A stretch of 54,942 nucleotides of DNA from Lachnospiraceae bacterium (GCA_022779165.1 JALFTO010000124.1:1-54942); one strand, 5' to 3'. Shown: positions 20,403 to 28,137, counted from the first letter of the stretch. A program made the numbers and translations. Notes: generated from the letters alone by a model not told the origin.

Positions 20403-21018
20403 TTGGAAAAAGGAAGTTGAACTCAAAAGGGAAATTCGCGGCCGTTATTTAAAGCTGCGGGATCAGATTCCGGAGGATGTCCGCAGAGAAAAGAGTAAAA
20501 GGATCACGGAGAAACTCATGGCCCATCCATGGTATCATGAGGCAGAGGAGCTGTTGTGCTTTGTGAGCTTTCGAAGTGAGGTTGATACATTCCAATTGAT
20601 GCGGGAATCGTTGCGGTCAGGTAAGAATGTCTACTGCCCGAGAGTTGGGATAGACGGGAAATCAATGGAATTCTATCGGATTGATTCAATTGGGGAACTG
20701 CAGTCGGGCTATCAGGGAATCATGGAACCACCTGCGGATGAGACAAGAAGGTTTGAAGCGGGGCAGTCAGTGGGAAAACAGTCTGAAACAGGCGTTTGTG
20801 AAAAGCCGAAATGCTCTGCACTGATGATCCTTCCGGGGGCGGTGTTCGATCCGCAATGCCACCGTATCGGATACGGCGGCGGTTTTTATGACAGGTATCT
20901 GGAACGTTTTGTAACGCCGGTTCATACTGCTGCAGTAGCTTTTGATGAGCAGATTGCGCCGGAGATTCCGAGTGAACTTCATGATATTTGCCCGGAGCTT
21001 GTGATCACAGACAGGTGA
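20380..21018 (+). CDS. 5-formyltetrahydrofolate cyclo-ligase
   Basis: SEVDT, GI.EP, PG.VFD....RIGYGGGFYDRYL, HD.....VIT motifs. Confidence 0.92.
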   Translation: MEKREQVNWKKEVELKREIRGRYLKLRDQIPEDVRREKSKRITEKLMAHPWYHEAEELLCFVSFRSEVDTFQLMRESLRSGKNVYCPRVGIDGKSMEFYRIDSIGELQSGYQGIMEPPADETRRFEAGQSVGKQSETGVCEKPKCSALMILPGAVFDPQCHRIGYGGGFYDRYLERFVTPVHTAAVAFDEQIAPEIPSELHDICPELVITDR

Positions 21019-21037
21019 TTGAAAGAAAGGTAGAACA

Positions 21038-21646
21038 ATGCAGGATCATGTGACATATTATCGGAAAGGAAATCTGGAATGTATCTATTACAAGGATTCC
21101 GTATTGTCCTATCCGGTACATACACACGCAAACCACATGATGTTGGGATATCTGTTAAAGGGCTCTGTCCGTCTTGTTGAGGCGGGACGGGAGTGCCTTT
21201 ATGAGGCCGGGGAATCTTTCTGCATCCTGCCGGATGTTGCACACTCCATTGATCCGATCGAAGGTGTGCCATATTCCATGATCGTTCTGTGTATATACCC
21301 AGATCAGACACGGGAGACAGAACCTGATTATTCCAGGAAGTTAAAGGAACTTATTTCGGATATGCCGGAGAGCGAACTACTGATAGAGACGATGGCGTCG
21401 GAGATCGGGGTAAGCCCGTATCATATGATCCGTCAGTTTAAGAATGTCTGCGGTCTCACGCCTCATCAGTTCCAGATCCAGTGCCGCGTCAGGAAAGCAC
21501 AGCGGCTGCTGGAGGAAGGGAAAAGCGTGACCGAAGCGGCTTTTGCCACAGGGTTCTGTGACCAAAGCCACTTTGACCGTTGCTTTCGCAAGCTTGTACA
21601 GCTTACGCCGAAAGAATATAAGCAGTCGTTTACCAGACTGCCTTAG
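21038..21646 (+). CDS. AraC-family transcriptional regulator (cupin sensor + HTH)
   Basis: YP.HTH cupin motif; SPYHMIRQFK...GLTPHQF; A...GFCDQSHF.R.F...V.LTP.EY. Confidence 0.92.
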   Translation: MQDHVTYYRKGNLECIYYKDSVLSYPVHTHANHMMLGYLLKGSVRLVEAGRECLYEAGESFCILPDVAHSIDPIEGVPYSMIVLCIYPDQTRETEPDYSRKLKELISDMPESELLIETMASEIGVSPYHMIRQFKNVCGLTPHQFQIQCRVRKAQRLLEEGKSVTEAAFATGFCDQSHFDRCFRKLVQLTPKEYKQSFTRLP

Positions 21647-22041
21647 CATAACGGTGGGAAGAATTTGGCGAACAGATACAGTCCGTCACCGCCTGCGTTC
21701 ACCTCATGCGGGATACCGGCGGGCATGATCGATATCGTTCCGGGCTCATAGGGGAGGGATGCACCATCGTTGATGCACATACCGGAGCCTGCGATGACTT
21801 CATGTGTCTCAAGCTGCGTCTCGTGGATGTGATTTTTAATGCTTTTGTCCGGCGCGATGCGCACCAGATGATAGCTGAACTGTCCTGCAGTGTCTTTCGC
21901 CGTGATGATGTGCTTGAGCTCTACGCCTTCAAAGACGGGATGCTTTGACCACGGGATGTCTGCGAATGCCGTATTAGATGCCGGAAGTTTTAAGAAGCCG
22001 TTGTTGAATGCGTCGAATACATTTTGAAAATTTTTGTTCAT
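21643..22041 (-). CDS. Cupin domain-containing protein
   Basis: HIHETQLETHEV..G.G ... PAGIPHEV cupin motifs; RBS AAGGAGG on the minus strand. Confidence 0.88.
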   Translation of the reverse strand: MNKNFQNVFDAFNNGFLKLPASNTAFADIPWSKHPVFEGVELKHIITAKDTAGQFSYHLVRIAPDKSIKNHIHETQLETHEVIAGSGMCINDGASLPYEPGTISIMPAGIPHEVNAGGDGLYLFAKFFPPLC

Positions 22042-22071
22042 GAATATTTCCTCCTTTTTGATGATATCTGT

Positions 22072-22113
22072 ATTATAGAAGGGTATTGAAAAAAGGAATT
22101 GGATAAAATTGCT
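22072..22113 (-). promoter_or_regulatory. Likely activator-dependent promoter of the cupin gene
   Basis: Minus-strand TATAAT (22072-22077) with no good -35; AGCAATTTTATCCAA (22099-22113) lies in the -35/-50 zone. Confidence 0.45.
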
Positions 22114-22211
22114 TTTTTTGTGGAATGAAATAAGAGTGTTCGGGAAGTGACCCGTAATGTGCGTTTGTTTAAGGCACTCTGGCAGGGTGGAAAGGAGTAT
22201 TGAGAATCAAT

Positions 22212-23465
22212 ATGACAGATTTGGAACAGATGGGAAAACGAGCCGTGGAAGCCAAATATCTGGTGCAGGCCATGTCTGCACAGGAAAAGGATCAGGTTCT
22301 CTTAAAGGCGGTTGAACTGCTGCTTGATCAGGCGGAACAGGAACAGATCCTTGCGGCAAATAGTGAAGATGTGGAGCGGGCAAAAGCAAATGGCATGCAT
22401 CCCGGACTGATTGACAGGCTCAGCCTTGACGGAAAACGCTTGGAGGCAATGGCGGAGGGGCTTCGGCAGATCACAGAGCTTCCCGATCCGATCGGCGAAG
22501 TGCTGGAGGAGTTCGTTCCGAAGAACGGTCTGCACATTGCGAAGGTGCGTGTGCCGATCGGCGTGATCGGTATCATCTATGAATCCCGCCCAAATGTGAC
22601 GGCAGATGCGTTCGGGCTTTGCTTTAAGGCCGGAAACGCCGTGATCTTAAAGGGAGGGAGTGACGCGCTTCATTCCAATATGGCGATCACGAAGTTGTTG
22701 CGCAAAGCGCTTGCTTCCTGTGGTATGGCGGAGGATGCGATACAGCTCATTCAAGCGACAGAACGTGCTGTAACCACAGAGTTTATGCGCCTGAATAAGT
22801 ATGTCGATCTGCTCATCCCGAGAGGCGGGGCAGGGCTGATCCGCTCGGTGGTGGAGAACAGTACGATTCCGGTCATCGAGACCGGCACCGGCAACTGTCA
22901 TATCTATATTGATAAGACAGCAGATCTGACTATGGCAGTCAATATTGTAACGAATGCCAAGACGCAGCGAATCGGCGTGTGCAATGCCTGTGAATCACTT
23001 GTAATCCATGAGAATGTGGCGGATCAATTCCTGCCGCTTCTTGAGAAACGCCTAAGAGAGGTGCATGAAGTGGAGATCCGCGGGGATGAAACGGTGTGCA
23101 GTATCCTCAAGGAGGCTGTCCCGGCGACGGAGGAGGATTACAGCAGGGAATATCTGGATTATATCCTGTCGGCGAAGGTCGTGTCCGGGATCGATGAGGC
23201 GATTGCACATATCAACCGCTGCAGTACAGGACATTCTGAGGCAATCATTACGTCAGATCAGGAGAATGCAGAGAAGTTCAAGCGACAGATCGATTCAGCC
23301 TGCGTGTATGTGAATGCCTCCACGAGATTCACGGACGGATTCGAGTTTGGATTCGGCGCGGAGATCGGCATCAGCACACAGAAGCTTCACGCCAGAGGAC
23401 CGATGGGCCTGCGTGAGCTGACTTCTTATAAATATGCGATCGACGGAAACGGACAGGTCCGCTGA
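22212..23465 (+). CDS. proA: Gamma-glutamyl phosphate reductase (glutamate-5-semialdehyde dehydrogenase)
   Basis: [54 protein letters not shown]; start is either TTG 22200 or ATG 22212. Confidence 0.96.
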   Translation: MTDLEQMGKRAVEAKYLVQAMSAQEKDQVLLKAVELLLDQAEQEQILAANSEDVERAKANGMHPGLIDRLSLDGKRLEAMAEGLRQITELPDPIGEVLEEFVPKNGLHIAKVRVPIGVIGIIYESRPNVTADAFGLCFKAGNAVILKGGSDALHSNMAITKLLRKALASCGMAEDAIQLIQATERAVTTEFMRLNKYVDLLIPRGGAGLIRSVVENSTIPVIETGTGNCHIYIDKTADLTMAVNIVTNAKTQRIGVCNACESLVIHENVADQFLPLLEKRLREVHEVEIRGDETVCSILKEAVPATEEDYSREYLDYILSAKVVSGIDEAIAHINRCSTGHSEAIITSDQENAEKFKRQIDSACVYVNASTRFTDGFEFGFGAEIGISTQKLHARGPMGLRELTSYKYAIDGNGQVR

Positions 23466-23528
23466 GATTAGGTCGCGGGCATTGCAGACCAAAAAGCGTA
23501 AAACAATTATATTCTATGCGAATGTATA

Positions 23529-23557
23529 TTGACTTTTAAAACCGGCAATCCTATAAT
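23529..23557 (+). promoter_or_regulatory. Sigma-A promoter for the ldh-like gene
   Basis: TTGACT (23529-23534)-17 bp-TATAAT (23552-23557). Confidence 0.8.
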
Positions 23558-23579
23558 GAGAAAACGATAGATAGAAATG

Positions 23580-23622
23580 AAAAGGCAAAGATGCCGTTCG
23601 AGGGATCTTTGCCTTTTTGTTT
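23580..23622 (+). promoter_or_regulatory. Leader terminator with embedded ANTAR-type hairpin (attenuator)
   Basis: AAAAGGCAAAGAT/ATCTTTGCCTTTT 13-bp inverted repeat plus U-tract between promoter and start codon; overlapping alternative hairpin GGC-AAAGAT-GCC. Confidence 0.6.
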
Positions 23623-23651
23623 CAAAAAATACTGAAACGGGGGATGCTTTT

Positions 23652-24608
23652 ATGAAAACAACAAAGAAAAAAGTAGCGATCGTAGGTTGTGGGCTGGTCG
23701 GTTCGACCACAGCATTCAGTCTGATCACACAGGGTGTCTGTGATGAAGTGATGATGATTGATATTAATAAAGAACGTGCTTATGGAGAAATGCTGGATCT
23801 GCAGGACAGCATTGAGTATCTGAACCGCAATGTTGTTGTGCGGACAGGATCCTATGAGGACTGCGGAGATATGGATATCATTATTATCACGGCGGGGGCA
23901 CCGCCTAAGATGGGACAGTCCAGACTGGATACGCTGGAACTTACGGCAAAGATCTGCAAATCCATTGTGCCGCCCATCATGGAGAGCGGGTTTGACGGGA
24001 TCTTTCTGACAATCTCCAATCCGGTGGACATCGTTTCACATTTTATCTATAAACTCTCGGGACTTCCGAAGAATCAGGTGATCGGTACGGGAACCGCGAT
24101 TGATTCCGCCAGATTACAAATCTATATCGGCCAACTCGCCAAAGTAGATCCGAGAAGCGTCCATGCGTATTCCATGGGCGAACACGGTGATTCCCAGATG
24201 GTGCCGTGGTCAACAGTCACAGTGGCAGGTAAGCCATTCTTTGATGTGATCCAGGATAACAAAGAGATGATCGGGGAGGTTGATCTCGATGAACTGGTGT
24301 ACAAGACGACTCGGCGCGGCTGGGAGATTCTGGACAGGAAAGGCACAACCTACTACGGAATCGGCACTGCATGCGCCGGTATCGTGAAAGCGATCTTAAA
24401 CGATGAGAACAGGATCGTGCCGGTGTCAACGCTGCTTGAGGGCGAGTACGGCGAGATGGATGTGTATGCCGGCGTGCCGACGGTATTAAACAGACAGGGC
24501 GCCTATGATGTGCTGGAGATCCATATGACACCCGGTGAGCTGACTCGATTTAAAGAGTCGACGAAGGTGATTCGGGAATATACCCAGAAGATTATGGAGT
24601 ATCTGTAG
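23652..24608 (+). CDS. ldh: L-lactate dehydrogenase-family 2-hydroxyacid dehydrogenase
   Basis: GCGLVG Rossmann fold, SNPVD, GT.IDSARL, GEHGDS, KG.TYYGI; the specificity loop is atypical (AGAPPKMGQSR). Confidence 0.8.
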   Translation: MKTTKKKVAIVGCGLVGSTTAFSLITQGVCDEVMMIDINKERAYGEMLDLQDSIEYLNRNVVVRTGSYEDCGDMDIIIITAGAPPKMGQSRLDTLELTAKICKSIVPPIMESGFDGIFLTISNPVDIVSHFIYKLSGLPKNQVIGTGTAIDSARLQIYIGQLAKVDPRSVHAYSMGEHGDSQMVPWSTVTVAGKPFFDVIQDNKEMIGEVDLDELVYKTTRRGWEILDRKGTTYYGIGTACAGIVKAILNDENRIVPVSTLLEGEYGEMDVYAGVPTVLNRQGAYDVLEIHMTPGELTRFKESTKVIREYTQKIMEYL

Positions 24609-24633
24609 TTTTTTGAAAATAGTATGCTGTCTG

Positions 24634-24674
24634 AAAAAAGGATATCCGCATTATGAAAGCGGGTATCCTTTTTT
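24634..24674. terminator. Bidirectional intrinsic terminator between ldh and the convergent XRE gene
   Basis: AAAAAAGGATATCCGC-loop-GCGGGTATCCTTTTTT, with A and T tracts on both sides. Confidence 0.85.
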
Positions 24675-24675
24675 G

Positions 24676-25032
24676 TCATCGTTTGCATAATCCTTTCAGA
24701 TAAGCGGCAAGCAATTCTTTGTCATGGCCGGATAATGTTCGATAGGAATTGATCAGATCCTGTTCGCTGTCCGTGAGAGTATTTGATTTGAAAGGGTTGA
24801 TTTTGTATGCAAAAAAATCGGACATACTGATCCCAAGACCATTGCATATCTTCTCTAAAGTAGGAATCGTTGGGAGTGTCTTACGGTTAAAGATATTGTT
24901 CAGGCTGGAATATGGCAAGTCGGATTCTTTTGCTAATTTATACAAACTCCAATGTTTCAGATTCAGGAAATATTGAATCCGGTCTAATACATCATGATCA
25001 CCCAAGAGAAAATCACTCACTTTCATGTCCAT
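24676..25032 (-). CDS. XRE/Cro-C1 family HTH transcriptional regulator
   Basis: WSLYKLAKESDLPYSSLNNIFNR...PTIPTLEKIC..LGISMSDFF, plus C-terminal LT..EQ.L...YR.L helix. Confidence 0.9.
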   Translation of the reverse strand: MDMKVSDFLLGDHDVLDRIQYFLNLKHWSLYKLAKESDLPYSSLNNIFNRKTLPTIPTLEKICNGLGISMSDFFAYKINPFKSNTLTDSEQDLINSYRTLSGHDKELLAAYLKGLCKR

Positions 25033-25089
25033 TTTCTTAATTGTATTTCAGATGAAGCATAATAATTAGATGAAAATATGAGAATTATC

Positions 25090-25119
25090 TTGAAATATAT
25101 AACTCATATGAGATATAAT
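25090..25119 (+). promoter_or_regulatory. Sigma-A promoter with palindromic operator in the spacer
   Basis: TTGAAA (25090-25095)-18 bp-TATAAT (25114-25119); the palindrome TATAACTCATATGAGATATA (25098-25117) overlaps it. Confidence 0.6.
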
Positions 25120-25160
25120 GCGGTTGATATAAATATTTTATTCTACAGGAGGATAATAAA

Positions 25161-26654
25161 ATGAGGAACAGAAAATGGATTGCGGTTTTGTGCATGTCCG
25201 TGTTGACGTGCAGCATGACGGTCAATGCAGCGCCTTTTGACGCGGCGTAATATGCAATGCAGAATCCCGATGTGGTCGCAGTGGTAGGAAACAATGCAGT
25301 TGCATTGGAAACTCATTACAATACGTTTGGTGCAGCAGAAGGACGTGCCGGTAATGCGCAGGATGACGGAGCCAAAGGCGGTAGGGTGACTGCAACGGGA
25401 GTTGCTGCAATTTTTGACGCGGTATATTATGCAGCACAGAATCCGGATGTGGTAGCTGTGATCGGCAATGATCCGACAGCATTGTACACGCATTTTATAA
25501 CTGTTGGAATTAATGAGGGACGTTCCGGAAATGCAACTTTTAATGTATCGGCTTATAAAGCAGCGAATCCTGATCTTGCAGCAGTCTTCGGCAATGATTT
25601 GGCGGCCTATGCAAATCATTATGTGACTATTGGTCAGGCAGAGGGACGAAATGGAGGAACTTCATCGGGAAGTGGTGCATCAGGAAGCAGTTCATCAGAG
25701 TCCAATCCTTATGCAAGATTCCAGACATCGGGGAGCACCTCTGCCAAACATTCAAAGGGTAGTTCTTCCGAGAAAAAGAAAGAGTTAAGCGTCAGCATGA
25801 CAATAGACGGACCGAATCAGCTTGCATATGGAGCCAGCGCAGAGTATAAGGTTGCTTATGATATCAAGAATTTGCCGGAAGGATATACCTATGATGTTGA
25901 GATTGAGGATACTGGAGATCATGCACCGATTACATGTGAGTACGACCATAATAATGGGAATTGGATGCGTGTTACCGTAAATAAAGAAGGAACTCAGTTC
26001 ACATTATGGGGCTGGATCGTAATAAATGACAGAGAGAATAAAGAAGCGTATTATAAAGAAATTTATAAAACAGTTACTGTGACAAGTTCCTGCTCCCATT
26101 CATGGGAAGATCGGATAATAGAGCAGCCAACATGTGATACGCCCGGAGTAAGGGCAAATGTGTGTACAAAATGTGGTTTCGTAGATGAAAGTACAAGAGA
26201 TACTACTTATGCGCATAATCGTTACTACGAGCCCTCAGAGTCATTTGGAACACATACTGTTAAGTGTAAGAATTGTGATTGGTCACAAGCAGAGTCCTGT
26301 GATATAGATATTGATAGTGATGATAACGGAGAACATCATTCTTATTGCAAAGAATGTGGAGCAGAGTCTGATCCTGTGTCGTGCAGTCTTTCTTATAATG
26401 ATAACAAAGATGGAACCCATACTAAGGGGTGCAACAAATGTGATTATGAGGATACAGAAGATTGCACATATGGAGAGTGGAATGGGGAAGATGACACGAA
26501 TCATACTAAGGTATGCGAAAGGTGCGGATATGTTTTGAGAGAATCACATGACTGGGATAGTGACAGCGGAATATGTAGCAAATGCGGTTATGAGTGTGAA
26601 CATAATACAGAAGATGGTGTATGTGGAATTTGCGGAGCAACAGTATCTCCCTAA
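25161..26654 (+). pseudogene. Secreted repeat / Cys-His-rich surface protein interrupted by one in-frame TAA (25248-25250)
   Basis: AGGAGG RBS, then ATG 25161 gives MRNRKWIAVLCMSVLTCSMTVNA-APFDAA*YAMQNPDVV..., in frame with the 465-aa ORF 25257-26654. The TAA aligns with a TAT (Tyr) codon of the second internal repeat. Confidence 0.8.
25235..25650 (+). repeat. Three tandem ~40-60 aa coding repeats F(D/N)xxxY.A.NPD....GN....L..H....G..EGR
   Basis: Visible at the protein level and at the DNA level (TTTTGACGCGG..TA.TATGCA...CAGAATCC.GATGTGGT at ~25235 and ~25412). Confidence 0.8.
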
Positions 26655-26694
26655 ACGATAAGTAACAATTAAAAGTATAAAAGTCCATTTGAGT

Positions 26695-26737
26695 GAAAGG
26701 CTGCCGGAACGATATCTGTGCTCTGACAGCCTTTTTG
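26695..26737 (+). terminator. Putative intrinsic terminator after the surface-protein gene
   Basis: AAAGGCTG...CAGCCTTTTT imperfect hairpin followed by a U-tract. Confidence 0.55.
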
Positions 26738-26863
26738 GACTCCGCAATGGTGTGTACTGTTTGCCTATATTGATAAATAGGAACAATAAGTGAAAATAAA
26801 TAAGTCATTCTTGTCTTAGTCGGACAAGTGACTTGTTATTATCAAACTTCAGGTAATTTCTTG

Positions 26864-26892
26864 TTGCAAAATATCGAACAAAATGATATGAT
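26864..26892 (+). promoter_or_regulatory. Sigma-A promoter (extended -10) upstream of the rpn leader
   Basis: TTGCAA (26864-26869)-17 bp-TATGAT (26887-26892), preceded by TGN. Confidence 0.6.
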
Positions 26893-26907
26893 TAAATCAA
26901 AATAGAA

Positions 26908-27087
26908 AAGCATAAGTTCTTTGATTCTCCGGCTGACACACAGCCATCTTACAGGGAAGTCTCCCGTTATTCAACGAATTCTGTGCTTAATACCCAATCA
27001 CAAATGAACAGGCACGGAAGCGGAGAACGGCAGGCGTAAGGTGACATCGCTATTAAGAACGGCGTCGGTTCCTCTTATGTTCCGTGC
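26908..27087 (+). ncRNA. Candidate structured leader RNA upstream of rpn
   Basis: By-eye pairings: 26908-26924/26971-26988 enclosing hairpins GGCTG/CAGCC and GGGA/TCCC; GCACGGAA (27012-27019)/TTCCGTGC (27080-27087). Confidence 0.4.
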
Positions 27088-27104
27088 GGAAAAAGGAGGA
27101 ACAA

Positions 27105-28028
27105 ATGAGAAATGAAACAGACAGAACACGGCAGTCAGTAACCATGCGTCCTATCGAGGAACTCAATCTTATAGAGGATTTCCTGACAAACCAGATGATC
27201 ATTCATCCCGTGGTAGGACTGAGATTTTCAAAAAGAGTCCTGGCGATGATTCTCGGGCGTGAGATCGGGACAATGAGCATTGCTGCGCAGAAAGCCTATC
27301 CGGGAGAAAATACGGACAGACACGGTATCCGCCTCGATGTCTGCCTTGACGAGCATGGCGGTGACATCGTTGATCTTGAGCCTGACCAAAACAGCAGTGC
27401 AGAGGATGTCAAATCTCTGCCGAGGCGGGTACGCTTCTACCACGCGAAGATCGATGCGGGAAGCCTTGCCCGAGGAATGGAGTACAGTGCACTCAGGAAC
27501 GTGGTCGTGATCTTCATCACAACGTATGACCCGTTCGGTTTGAACCGCATGGTCTATACGATATCGAGCAAGTGCGAGGAAGTCCCGGACATGCCGTATG
27601 ACGACGGAGCGAAGACGCTGTTTTTGTATACCAAGGGCAAGGAGGGCAATCCGCCTGAGGAATTAAGGCAGCTCCTTCACTATATGGAGGACACCCGCGT
27701 GGAGAATGCCGTGACGCCGGAGCTGAGAGAACTTCATGAGATGGTAACCCAGGTGAAGTGCGATAAGGAAGTGGGGCTTGCATATATGAAAGCATATGAA
27801 CTTGAGCAGAGATTGCTCCGGCAGGGGCGTGAGGAAGGAAAAGAAGAAGCATTGCTCCAAAAAATCATCACCAAGGTGCGAAAAGGAAAAACTGTTCAAG
27901 AGATTGCAGAAGCACTTGAAGAGGACGAGACAACAATCGGCAAATGGATAGAGATTGTCAACCGATATGCACCCCAGTATGATCAACAAGCAATTATGAA
28001 TGAAGTGATGAATGAAAAGAGCAAATAG
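27105..28028 (+). CDS. Rpn family recombination-promoting nuclease / PD-(D/E)XK putative transposase
   Basis: L...EDFL, GIRLDV.L......DLEP, LPRR.RFY...ID...L..G.EY..L....VIFI..YDPFG, LFLYTKG, C-terminal G.EEG helix plus IAE.LE HTH-like tail; RBS AGGAGG at 27094-27099. Confidence 0.88.
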   Translation: MRNETDRTRQSVTMRPIEELNLIEDFLTNQMIIHPVVGLRFSKRVLAMILGREIGTMSIAAQKAYPGENTDRHGIRLDVCLDEHGGDIVDLEPDQNSSAEDVKSLPRRVRFYHAKIDAGSLARGMEYSALRNVVVIFITTYDPFGLNRMVYTISSKCEEVPDMPYDDGAKTLFLYTKGKEGNPPEELRQLLHYMEDTRVENAVTPELRELHEMVTQVKCDKEVGLAYMKAYELEQRLLRQGREEGKEEALLQKIITKVRKGKTVQEIAEALEEDETTIGKWIEIVNRYAPQYDQQAIMNEVMNEKSK

Positions 28029-28060
28029 AAAGATTATGTAAATATACCGATTTTACAGAC

Positions 28061-28108
28061 AGCCGTCAACTATCAAAGGATAAGTCATAGTTGGCGGTTA
28101 TTTTTTTT
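28061..28108 (+). terminator. Intrinsic terminator after rpn
   Basis: AGCCGTCAACTAT...ATAGTTGGCGGTT followed by T8. Confidence 0.8.
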
Positions 28109-28137
28109 CTATTCACTTTACATTCAAAATCTTGGAA

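Noticed and set aside
22133-22200. Possible T-box or structured leader before proA (AGAGTGTT/GGCACTCT stem, CGGG/CCCG hairpin, AGGGTGGAA)
   Set aside because: Too short for a T-box, with no specifier stem, no complete UGGNACC antiterminator and no terminator. The pairings could be chance.
25248-25250. Stop-codon recoding (Sec/Pyl or alternative genetic code)
   Set aside because: The codon is TAA and aligns with Tyr, and TAA terminates many ordinary genes in this window. A point mutation or sequencing error is simpler.
26090-26654. Multiheme cytochrome interpretation of the CxxC repeats
   Set aside because: None of the seven CxxC motifs is followed by His (no CxxCH).
26795-26842. Imperfect inverted repeat (AAGTCATTCTTGTC...GACAAGTGACTT) as an IS or MITE end
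   Set aside because: No matching partner end or target-site duplication was found. It may be a terminator or decayed hairpin.
26876-26889. CGAACAAAATGATA in the rpn promoter spacer as a LexA (SOS) box
   Set aside because: Only the GAAC half matches GAAC-N4-GTTC/T.
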